IMG/VR virus record: IMGVR_UViG_3300042673_001280 | DNA from: a virus | Taxonomy: Duplodnaviria > Heunggongvirae > Uroviricota > Caudoviricetes | Length of the DNA: 44,857 nt | Direction: 5' to 3' (one strand) | Shown: in pieces, positions 1 to 7,549 of the stretch | Position numbering within the stretch: the first letter of the stretch is position 1 | Layout: each line of letters begins with the position of its first letter | The notes under the pieces: model-generated | Told to the model about the DNA's origin: nothing | Seen by the model: the letters and a program-made list of their open reading frames with translations, nothing else | The model's database searches: none | Made by a program: the position numbers and the translations under genes

Positions 1-536
1 TACCTAACGGTGAATGGGGTGGAGTACACTTAGTAATTACAGGCGGCGAACCATTATTACCAGGTTGGCAACAAATATATCCAGAATTACTAAGACATCC
101 ATTATTAGCAGACTTAAAAAACATTACATTCGAAACTAATGGTACACAAGAACTGTTACAAGATTTTGAAAACTACTTATACATGGAAAGACGGTATCAA
201 ACTACGTTTTCAGTTAGTCCTAAACTAAGTGTAAGTGGCGAGCCTAGAGAAAAGGCAATACGTCCTGAAATAGTAACCGAGTATCAGTTTTCAGGGCATA
301 GTTCATTTTTAAAATTTGTAGTAGCATCTGAAGAAGACGTAGAAGAAGCGCGTGAAGTAATGCAGCTATATAAAGACAACGGATTTAGAGGTGATATTTA
401 CTTAATGCCAGTAGGCGGTGTAACTGATGTATACAACCTTAATAATCGACGAGTAGCAGAACTTGCATTAACGCACGGATTGAGATACAGTGATAGACTT
501 CACCTCCCTCTCTTCGGTAACAACTGGGGAACATAA
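1..536 (+). CDS. queE: 7-carboxy-7-deazaguanine synthase QueE (radical SAM), 5' end outside the window
   Basis: The frame of the 183..536 ORF is open back to position 3: PNGEWGGVHLVITGGEPLLPGWQQ...ITFETNGTQ...FSVSPKLS...LKFVV...YLMPVGG...RYSDRLHLPLFGNNWGT. These are QueE-type motifs. The CxxxCxxC motif would lie upstream of the window. Confidence 0.88.
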   Translation, partial: PNGEWGGVHLVITGGEPLLPGWQQIYPELLRHPLLADLKNITFETNGTQELLQDFENYLYMERRYQTTFSVSPKLSVSGEPREKAIRPEIVTEYQFSGHSSFLKFVVASEEDVEEAREVMQLYKDNGFRGDIYLMPVGGVTDVYNLNNRRVAELALTHGLRYSDRLHLPLFGNNWGT

Positions 537-970
537 TGTTTGGAAATTTTATAAAAAAAGTGTTTAGTGGTGAAAATCCAGAACTAAAACATCAACAAGA
601 AGTACAAGAAGCAATTAAAGCTAAACAAAAAGCTAAACCTAAAGCAAAAGTTAAGCCAAAAGCTAAAGTAATTGAAAAAGAACCGCTAACTGACAAAGAA
701 AAAGCTACCTTAAAACATGAACCATGGGTTGATGTAATTGGGTTTAAAGTTAATCCAAGTAACATTAGAAATGGTTTTTTTGAAATTGATTGGAATGATC
801 ACTGGATTGAAAAATTAAAACAAGAAGGGTATGGCTTTGACGGCGATCCTGAAGAAGAAATAGTAGGTCGTTGGTACAGAGATATTTGCACCAACGCTGC
901 AGCAGCCGAAGGCATTGATATATCAGATCAGGACTTTGGATTCCTTAACGTTAACCGATCAGGCAACTAA
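536..970 (+). CDS. Hypothetical phage protein (144 aa) with a Lys/Ala/Pro-rich linker
   Basis: ORF coupled by TAATG overlaps to both neighbours; low-complexity AKQKAKPKAKVKPKAKV segment followed by a Trp-rich globular part. Confidence 0.8.
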   Translation: MFGNFIKKVFSGENPELKHQQEVQEAIKAKQKAKPKAKVKPKAKVIEKEPLTDKEKATLKHEPWVDVIGFKVNPSNIRNGFFEIDWNDHWIEKLKQEGYGFDGDPEEEIVGRWYRDICTNAAAAEGIDISDQDFGFLNVNRSGN

Positions 971-1956
971 TGACATTTATTTTAGTAGATACTTCAAACT
1001 TATTTTATCGTGCAAGACATTCAGTGCAAGGTAGTGCCGATTTAAAACTTGGAATGGCATTGCACATTACATTTAATAGTGTTAAAAAAGCATGGCAAGA
1101 CTTTGGAGGAGAACACGTAGTATTCTGTTTAGAAGGACGCAGCTGGCGTAAAGACTTTTACGAACCATATAAGAAAAATCGTGCAGTAACACGCGCTGCT
1201 ATGACAGTAAGAGAACAAGAAGAAGATAAACTTTTTTGGGAGGCATACGGTGATTTTACAACATTCCTAAATGAAAAAACTAATTGCACAGTATTACAAC
1301 ATTCAAAGTTAGAGGCAGATGATTTAATTGCTGGATTTATTCAGATGCATCCGGAATCTAAACATGTTATTGTTAGTACAGATACTGACTTTCATCAATT
1401 GATTAGTGAAACTGTTAGTCAATATAACGGTGTAGCAGATCAACACGTTACTCACACCGGATATTATGATGCTAAAGGAAAACCTGTAATTGATAAGAAA
1501 ACAGGCGAACACAAAGTACCATTTGATCCGGAATGGGTATTATTTGAAAAATGTATCCGCGGTGATACTAGCGATAATGTGTTTTCAGCATATCCTGGTG
1601 CTAGAACCAAAGGCACTTCAAAGAAAGTCGGGTTAACTGAAGCGTTTGAAGATCGCAACACAAAAGGTTATTCGTGGAATAACTTTTTATTACAAAAATG
1701 GACTGATCATAATGGTCAAGAACATCGGGTATTAGACGATTATGAACGAAATCGCGTGCTAGTTGACTTAACTAAACAACCAGCAGAAATTCGGTCGTTT
1801 ATTAACGAAACAATTAGTACTAATTCTAAACCTAAATGTATTACACAAGTTGGTTCACGCATGATTAAATTTTGTCAATCATATGATATGAAACGGATGA
1901 TTGACAATATCCAACCATTTGCAGAACCGTTTCAAGCAAACTACCCAATAAAATAA
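970..1956 (+). CDS. rnh: T4 RNase H-like 5'-3' exonuclease/flap nuclease (PIN/FEN family)
   Basis: Motifs ILVDTSNLFYR, FCLEGRSWRKDFYEPYKKNR, LEADDLIAG, VSTDTDFHQL and the H3TH motif IRGDTSDNVFSAYPG. Confidence 0.9.
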   Translation: MTFILVDTSNLFYRARHSVQGSADLKLGMALHITFNSVKKAWQDFGGEHVVFCLEGRSWRKDFYEPYKKNRAVTRAAMTVREQEEDKLFWEAYGDFTTFLNEKTNCTVLQHSKLEADDLIAGFIQMHPESKHVIVSTDTDFHQLISETVSQYNGVADQHVTHTGYYDAKGKPVIDKKTGEHKVPFDPEWVLFEKCIRGDTSDNVFSAYPGARTKGTSKKVGLTEAFEDRNTKGYSWNNFLLQKWTDHNGQEHRVLDDYERNRVLVDLTKQPAEIRSFINETISTNSKPKCITQVGSRMIKFCQSYDMKRMIDNIQPFAEPFQANYPIK

Positions 1957-1958
1957 TT

Positions 1959-2159
1959 ATGAAAAAGATTACAATACTAAAAGAAGAACTAATTGAAATA
2001 TTAGCAGTACTAGACAAGTTTCCAGATGTAGAAAAGATTGATGTAGGGTATGATAACAATAGCGGTATTGGTTACATATTAAATATTTCATTCCCATACG
2101 TAGTAAACGGTGTTGCTACTACTCAAACTGTTGAAATTACAGGTGTAGATCAATGGTAG
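1959..2159 (+). CDS. Small hypothetical protein (66 aa)
   Basis: Fills the gap between rnh and the next ORF in a tightly packed same-strand run. Confidence 0.7.
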   Translation: MKKITILKEELIEILAVLDKFPDVEKIDVGYDNNSGIGYILNISFPYVVNGVATTQTVEITGVDQW

Positions 2160-2635
2160 AAATTGAATTACACGCTAAACCTATTATTGATGGCAAATTT
2201 TGGATTGTTGAACAAGACGGTTTAAAAGTTGCTACACTGCATAAAAAAGAAAACAAATATGTGTTAAGTAATATAGACGGTGAGATACTGTTTAATAAAA
2301 AAGAAGAAATAACTAATCAATTTGGATCTGATTTCTTCTTAACTAAACATAATATAAAAGTGTCTGCGGTTGAAACAAATGAGTGTTATGGATATCCGAC
2401 TAGTTGTAAACCGTATAACGCTATATACGACGTTAGACGCAAGTTACCACTGTTTACTAAAAGTGATCAAAGTAAAAGTCTGTACTGCGCCGGATATTAT
2501 ACTATTAAATTTGAAAAAGGATGGGTTAAAAGCTTCTGTCCTAAAGTAATTACTATAGAACGCAATGATCACAAAGGTCCGTTTAAAACGGAATTAGAAA
2601 TGAAAATGGTACTAACTAATGCAAAATCAGATTAA
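2153..2635 (+). CDS. Hypothetical phage protein (160 aa)
   Basis: Overlaps both neighbours by a few bases; globular composition. Confidence 0.8.
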   Translation: MVEIELHAKPIIDGKFWIVEQDGLKVATLHKKENKYVLSNIDGEILFNKKEEITNQFGSDFFLTKHNIKVSAVETNECYGYPTSCKPYNAIYDVRRKLPLFTKSDQSKSLYCAGYYTIKFEKGWVKSFCPKVITIERNDHKGPFKTELEMKMVLTNAKSD

Positions 2636-2867
2636 TTTAACACCAATAACACAATTTGCTCAGTTGTTACGTGCAACTGAGCTTTCTCAACAAAAAGAAG
2701 TTAAAATTCCAGTTCAACAAGCTAGATTACTTAACTTAGCACTAACTGAGATTTTAGATCAGCTTAATCAAGATAACATTGCGCTACTTATTGAATTACG
2801 TAATCCATCTTCTCCTGAAATAGTAAACATAACTATGGATGGTGGCGGATTTAGCGAAGGCAACTAA
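2619..2867 (+). CDS. Hypothetical protein (82 aa)
   Basis: Packed ORF, predicted helical, ending in MDGGGFSEGN. Confidence 0.7.
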   Translation: MQNQINLTPITQFAQLLRATELSQQKEVKIPVQQARLLNLALTEILDQLNQDNIALLIELRNPSSPEIVNITMDGGGFSEGN

Positions 2868-2869
2868 CG

Positions 2870-2876
2870 ATAAATA
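2870..2876 (+). promoter_or_regulatory. T4-type late promoter motif ATAAATA
   Basis: GATAAATAC in an intergenic gap, 23 nt upstream of the ATG at 2900, followed by the RBS AGGAGG. Confidence 0.6.
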
Positions 2877-2899
2877 CACGTAGTTAATAGGAGGACCTC

Positions 2900-3175
2900 A
2901 TGTCTCGACCCAAACCACGTGTATTATTAGAAAATCTTGACCCGAACACACTTCAATTAGATCAAATATTAGAAGCAGATGCTATTTGGGCGGTTGTTTA
3001 TAAAGACGAACCATTTAATTTAAAGACAACTTCAAAACAACTCGGTTCTAAATATAAAAAATCGTCTTTTTCAAATCCAGGTCATGCACACAACTTAGCA
3101 GAAAAGCTAAACACTACATTTAAATGCAGCGACTTCGCTGTTGTAAAGCTAACTAAAGGGGTTACAGTGCGATGA
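2900..3175 (+). CDS. Hypothetical phage protein (91 aa)
   Basis: Strong RBS (AGGAGG); ATGA overlap with the next gene. Confidence 0.85.
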   Translation: MSRPKPRVLLENLDPNTLQLDQILEADAIWAVVYKDEPFNLKTTSKQLGSKYKKSSFSNPGHAHNLAEKLNTTFKCSDFAVVKLTKGVTVR

Positions 3176-3555
3176 TTCTACGCGACACACTAACACGCAT
3201 ATTTTTAGACCAATGGGGAAAGTGTTCTGACGACACTAACGTAAAACTATACTCTCGCAAATGGTGGCAATCCTCGCGTGTAGGAAAACAAACTGCTTAC
3301 AGGTTAAGTGAAGATGGGTTTGAGTTTTTAACTAACACATTAGAACTCAAATCATACGAAATCCCATTTACAGATACAATTGAGATAAGTCCGCAGACTA
3401 TTGTGTTCTTAGAACGGTATTTAGATTGTCCTTATTACTTAACATATAAAAGTATAACAGTGTTCTCAGAACGCAAATGCGTTGAACTATATTTCTTTTC
3501 AGATGACATACGACGATTTGGATTAGCGAAAGCAATGAAAGAACGAACTTCTTAA
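3172..3555 (+). CDS. Hypothetical phage protein (127 aa)
   Basis: ATGA-coupled to the upstream gene; globular composition. Confidence 0.8.
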   Translation: MILRDTLTRIFLDQWGKCSDDTNVKLYSRKWWQSSRVGKQTAYRLSEDGFEFLTNTLELKSYEIPFTDTIEISPQTIVFLERYLDCPYYLTYKSITVFSERKCVELYFFSDDIRRFGLAKAMKERTS

Positions 3556-3568
3556 TTAAAAATAAGTC

Positions 3569-3596
3569 TTGACGTTTGCTAAAAATACTGTATAAT
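3569..3596 (+). promoter_or_regulatory. Sigma70-type promoter for the AAA ATPase
   Basis: TTGACG (3569-3574), 16-nt spacer, TATAAT (3591-3596); RBS GAGGT at 3679-3683 before the ATG at 3692. Confidence 0.75.
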
Positions 3597-3691
3597 ATGC
3601 TACATAGTTTGTTAGCAACACAACATATTAACACTGCTACAAGTTATTTAATTTACTTTTTCTTTTTTACTAACCTATGAGGTAATAATTT

Positions 3692-4783
3692 ATGAGCAAC
3701 AACATCGCATCACGTACAGTCGGGCCAAAAGGCGCTAAAAAATCTTTACGCAAAGCATTTAGCAGCAAACGTCCATTGTTTATTTGGGGACCTCCAGGAA
3801 TTGGTAAATCAGATATTATTAAACAACTTGGTACCGAGTTAAATGCTCATGTTACTGACGTGCGTTTAAGTTTATGGGAACCAACAGACATCAAAGGTAT
3901 TCCATACTTTGACTCAGTAGATCAAACAATGGTATGGGCTCCACCATCAGAGTTACCAAGCAAATCATTTGCTGAAAAACACAAAATGATTATTTTGTTC
4001 TTAGATGAGATGAATTCTGCTGCACCGAGTGTACAGGCTGCTGCTTATCAGCTTATTTTAAACCGTCGCGTAGGTCAGTACGAATTACCAGACAACGTTG
4101 TTATTGTTGCTGCTGGTAACAGAGAAACAGACAAAGGTGTTACTTATCGTATGCCAGCTCCATTAGCTAACAGATTTATCCACTTAGAAATGGCTGTTGA
4201 ATGGGATGACTACTTTGAATGGGCCACAGACAACAATGTACATCCAGATGTTGTTGGTTATTTAACTGCTTGCAAAAGTGATTTATACACTTTTGATTCA
4301 AAATCAGCAGATAGAGCGTTTGCTACACCACGTTCATGGAGCTTTGTTAGCGAGTTGTTAACAGACGGCGATACTGACTCAGACACACTAGCTGACTTAG
4401 TTGCTGGTTCAATTGGTGAAGGGCTTGCTATTAAATTTATGGCACACAGACAGTTTTCAAGTAAACTTCCTGATCCACGCGCTGTACTTGAGGGTAAAAT
4501 TACACATTGTGAAACTAAAGAGATTTCAGCAATGTATTCACTAACTGTTAGTATGTGCTATGAGTTGAAAGAACTTTTCAATAAAAAGGCTGCTAACAAA
4601 AACACAGCAATGAACAATTACTTTTTGTTTATGATGAACAACTTTGAAACTGAAATTGCAATTATGGGTACTAAACTTGCGTTATGCTCATACAAATTGC
4701 AAATTGATCCAGACGACATTGCGTGCTTTGATGATTTCCACAGCAAGTACGGCAAATACATTACTGCTGCAAGCGGTCAGTAA
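3692..4783 (+). CDS. MoxR-type AAA+ ATPase
   Basis: Walker A GPPGIGKS, Walker B ILFLDEMN, AAGN sensor, LANRF Arg-finger region, TPRSW sensor II; adjacent to a VWA protein. Confidence 0.88.
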   Translation: MSNNIASRTVGPKGAKKSLRKAFSSKRPLFIWGPPGIGKSDIIKQLGTELNAHVTDVRLSLWEPTDIKGIPYFDSVDQTMVWAPPSELPSKSFAEKHKMIILFLDEMNSAAPSVQAAAYQLILNRRVGQYELPDNVVIVAAGNRETDKGVTYRMPAPLANRFIHLEMAVEWDDYFEWATDNNVHPDVVGYLTACKSDLYTFDSKSADRAFATPRSWSFVSELLTDGDTDSDTLADLVAGSIGEGLAIKFMAHRQFSSKLPDPRAVLEGKITHCETKEISAMYSLTVSMCYELKELFNKKAANKNTAMNNYFLFMMNNFETEIAIMGTKLALCSYKLQIDPDDIACFDDFHSKYGKYITAASGQ

Positions 4784-4794
4784 TACCAAAACAG

Positions 4795-4823
4795 TTGACA
4801 CCGCCGCAAGGCGGTGTTATACT
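4795..4823 (+). promoter_or_regulatory. Sigma70-type promoter with extended -10
   Basis: TTGACA (4795-4800), 17-nt spacer, TGn then TATACT (4818-4823); RBS AGGAG before the ATG at 4854. Confidence 0.75.
4797..4818 (+). terminator. GC-rich GNRA-loop hairpin after the ATPase stop, overlapping the promoter (possible weak terminator)
   Basis: ACACCGCC-GCAA-GGCGGTGT 8-bp stem (4798-4817) about 14 nt after the stop; only a weak T-rich tail follows. Confidence 0.45.
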
Positions 4824-4853
4824 TTGTACTTTATAATTATGCAGGAGTAATTC

Positions 4854-6032
4854 ATGGCTTTAGATTCAATTGTTGATAAAATTATCGTAGCTCGCGTAGG
4901 CTTACTATTACGCCATCCTTTCTTTGGTACTATGGCAACACGTTTAAAAATTGTAGACGGATCCGACTGGTGTCCAACTGCAGCAACTGACGGTCGTCAT
5001 ATCTTTTATAATCGTGAGTTCTTTGAACCGTTAACTGTAAAACAAATTGAATTTGTTATTGGTCATGAAATCCTACACAACGTTTTTGATCACATGTCAC
5101 GTCGTGATGGTCGCAATCCTAAAATCTTTAATATTGCATGTGACTATAATGTAAATGGTCAGTTAATTCGTGATAAGATTGGCGAAGTTCCGCCTGTTAT
5201 TAAAATCTTCCACGACACTAACTATTACGGTATGGGTTCTGAAGAGATATATGATAAGTTACTAGAAGATCACGATGAAGATTCACTTTCTAAAATTGGT
5301 GAGATGCTTGACGAACATATTGACTGGGAAAGTTCAGGGTCAAACGGTCGTCCATCATACAGTAAAGAAGAATTGAAAAAGATTCGTGATGAAATTCGTG
5401 AAGCTACAATGACTGCAGCACAAGCAGCAGGTGCAGGTAATACTCCAGCTAGTATTGCACGTTTAATTAAAGATCTTACTGAGTCTAAAATGAACTGGCG
5501 TGAGATTTTACGTCAGCAAATACAAAGTACTCTTAAAAATGACTTTTCGTTTATGCGTCCTAACAGAAAAGGTTGGCACATGAATGCAATTTTGCCAGGT
5601 ACTAACTATGACGAAACAATTGATATCTGTGTTGCAATTGATATGTCAGGGTCAATTGGCGATGATCAAGCTAGAGATTTCTTAAGTGAGATTAAAGGCA
5701 TCATGCAAGAGTATCAGGACTTTAGCATTAAGTTATGGTGCTTTGATACACAAGTTTATAACGAGGCATCATTTACTGGTTATACTATAAGCGAGTTTGA
5801 TGAGTATCAACCAAAAGGTGGCGGTGGTACTGACTTTGATGCTAACTGGGAATATATGAAAGAAAATGACATTAATCCTAAAAAGTTCCTATGTTTTACT
5901 GATGGGTATCCTTTTGGAAGCTGGGGCGATGAGTCGTATTGCGATACTGTGTTTATTATACACGGTAATGATACAATCGTAGCCCCATTTGGTGAAACTT
6001 GCTATTACGAGTTTTCAAAAGAAAAGGCATAA
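4854..6032 (+). CDS. Putative metallopeptidase + VWA-domain protein (DUF2201-like), partner of the MoxR ATPase
   Basis: TAATDGRHIFYN, HEILH (HExxH), ACDYNVN; C-terminal MIDAS elements IDMSGS, GGGGTDF, FTDG. Confidence 0.85.
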   Translation: MALDSIVDKIIVARVGLLLRHPFFGTMATRLKIVDGSDWCPTAATDGRHIFYNREFFEPLTVKQIEFVIGHEILHNVFDHMSRRDGRNPKIFNIACDYNVNGQLIRDKIGEVPPVIKIFHDTNYYGMGSEEIYDKLLEDHDEDSLSKIGEMLDEHIDWESSGSNGRPSYSKEELKKIRDEIREATMTAAQAAGAGNTPASIARLIKDLTESKMNWREILRQQIQSTLKNDFSFMRPNRKGWHMNAILPGTNYDETIDICVAIDMSGSIGDDQARDFLSEIKGIMQEYQDFSIKLWCFDTQVYNEASFTGYTISEFDEYQPKGGGGTDFDANWEYMKENDINPKKFLCFTDGYPFGSWGDESYCDTVFIIHGNDTIVAPFGETCYYEFSKEKA

Positions 6033-6320
6033 ATGGCACTAAAAAATGGAAAACCTAATCCATTAGATTATTTTAAAATGCGGAGAGTAGATTTTGCTTG
6101 TCCGCATTTTGAATACTTTACTATTAATAAATCAAGAACGGATTTACTCGAATTTATTAATGAATGGATTACTAAAAACTTAAATAGCAGATACTACATT
6201 GGAAAAGGAATTTCATTAGATAGTAATAACGCTATTGTTTACAACATTACAATTGGGTTTGAATCAGAAAAAGAACTTAGCTTTTTCACAATTGCATGCC
6301 CATATTTACATTCAAGATAA
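6033..6320 (+). CDS. Hypothetical phage protein (95 aa)
   Basis: Starts immediately after the upstream stop codon. Confidence 0.75.
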   Translation: MALKNGKPNPLDYFKMRRVDFACPHFEYFTINKSRTDLLEFINEWITKNLNSRYYIGKGISLDSNNAIVYNITIGFESEKELSFFTIACPYLHSR

Positions 6321-6352
6321 TTAATTATATTACACTAACAGAGGAAAATAAC

Positions 6353-6592
6353 ATGACCGAAACTACACAAGAAGCAGTACAAGAAACCGCAGCAGAAGCA
6401 ACTCAAGAACAAGCAGGTGCTGATCTTACTATTAACGATTTAAATGCGTTAAAAACTATTATTGACATTGCAAGTTCACGTGGTGCATTTAAACCAAATG
6501 AAATGGTTGCTGTAGGACAAACATATACAAAATTGGATACATTTTTAACAGCAGTTACTGATCAAGCTAAAGCAGCGCAAGGTGCTCAATAA
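6353..6592 (+). CDS. Small hypothetical protein (79 aa); true start probably 6353 rather than 6296
   Basis: RBS GAGG-AAAATAAC-ATG at 6341-6355; acidic N-terminal tail followed by a helical core. Confidence 0.75.
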   Translation: MTETTQEAVQETAAEATQEQAGADLTINDLNALKTIIDIASSRGAFKPNEMVAVGQTYTKLDTFLTAVTDQAKAAQGAQ

Positions 6593-7257
6593 TGGCAGAA
6601 CTTAAACATGTTGGAAGAGTTAAAGCTTCTGGCAAAAAATGTATAGTAGCATATCGCACCCTACCAGGCGATGCGTACAATTGCTTAATTGTACCTACTG
6701 AAAATTTGCCAGACAGCTATCACGATGCACTTATTAACTTAGTTGAAAGTTCAAGTGGTCAGGCTTCGTATGAATTTGCAGAAGCAATGGCACGCACTAA
6801 CTTTCCAGATGGCAGTATCATGCTTGCTGCGTTGCACACTCAAGATAGATTAGTTAAAGTTTCAACTGATCAAATTGAAATGTTACCAACTAATTCGTAC
6901 ACAATTTTGTTGTCTGAACTAAATCAAGTTATTGCAGAACAACGTGGCACTACAGTTGATGAGCTATCTCTTAAATCTACAGTTAAAATAGAACAACCTA
7001 CTAAACCTGTAGTTAAAGAAACTCCGGCTGAGGCAAAAGCGGCACTTGTTGAACTATTGACTCCCGAGCAAAAAGCTAAACACTATCGTTCAGAAGCAGA
7101 TCGTCTTTCAAAAGAAGCTGCATCTTTACGTAGACAGGCTGAAGAATTAGTACCAACTGCTAAAAAAGTTAAAACTGAAACTGTAGCAGAAGAAGTAGTA
7201 ACTACCACTACAGCAAAAAAGGAAAAAGTTGTTAAAACAGACGAAACCGCTTCCTAA
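6592..7257 (+). CDS. Hypothetical phage protein (221 aa) with a C-terminal coiled-coil/charged tail
   Basis: TAATG-coupled; globular N-terminus; AEADRLSKEAASLRRQAEEL coiled-coil-like segment. Confidence 0.82.
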   Translation: MAELKHVGRVKASGKKCIVAYRTLPGDAYNCLIVPTENLPDSYHDALINLVESSSGQASYEFAEAMARTNFPDGSIMLAALHTQDRLVKVSTDQIEMLPTNSYTILLSELNQVIAEQRGTTVDELSLKSTVKIEQPTKPVVKETPAEAKAALVELLTPEQKAKHYRSEADRLSKEAASLRRQAEELVPTAKKVKTETVAEEVVTTTTAKKEKVVKTDETAS

Positions 7258-7549
7258 AGAAGTAGTTGCACACTGGCCAGAAGTATTTGAAGAGGTAACA
7301 CTTAATGTGTTACCTCTTCTTTATTTGCATTCAGTAGTTATTAATTTTAAAGATAATAAGTCTTGGGAAATAAAATTAACAACTAAAATAAAAAAAGATG
7401 GATGGAATAGCTTTCAACAGAGTTTATCAGAATTGTTAAATTCGTATGAAGAACAGATAGACGATGTAGATTTTAAACTGGATGCAGCAAAAGTAAAAAA
7501 AGATGTAGAAAAACTAACCAATAAATTTTTAAAGAAACAAAAATTATGA
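7229..7549 (+). CDS. Hypothetical phage protein (106 aa, TTG start)
   Basis: AAGGA about 5 nt before the TTG; ATGA overlap with thyX. Confidence 0.72.
   Translation: MLKQTKPLPKEVVAHWPEVFEEVTLNVLPLLYLHSVVINFKDNKSWEIKLTTKIKKDGWNSFQQSLSELLNSYEEQIDDVDFKLDAAKVKKDVEKLTNKFLKKQKL

Noticed and set aside
183-536. Start at 183 for a 117-aa protein as given by the ORF track
   Set aside because: The frame is open to the window edge and carries QueE motifs upstream of 183, so the gene is 5'-truncated.
3576-3618. 7-bp inverted repeat TTGCTAA/TTAGCAA flanking the -10 box of the ATPase promoter, and nearby TGCTA repeats
   Set aside because: Too short to distinguish from chance in AT-rich DNA.
1324-3634. 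Minus-strand ORFs 1324..1512, 1464..1661, 1865..2059 and 3398..3634
   Set aside because: They overlap well-supported + strand genes or the promoter region; the composition is not protein-like.
4644-4850. 68-aa + strand ORF overlapping the ATPase 3' end, and similar alternative-frame ORFs (7772..7957, 35656..35889)
   Set aside because: Out-of-frame overlaps with strong genes; the first runs through the promoter/hairpin.
6296-6352. Upstream start for the 98-aa ORF
   Set aside because: It overlaps the previous gene and lacks an RBS; the ATG at 6353 has GAGG at the proper spacing.
7213-7235. Slippery heptamer A AAA AAG near the end of the 221-aa gene, suggesting a frameshift fusion with the overlapping 106-aa ORF
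   Set aside because: A -1 shift enters a frame that stops at 7233-7235; the downstream ORF is in the +1 frame, and no stimulatory structure is evident.
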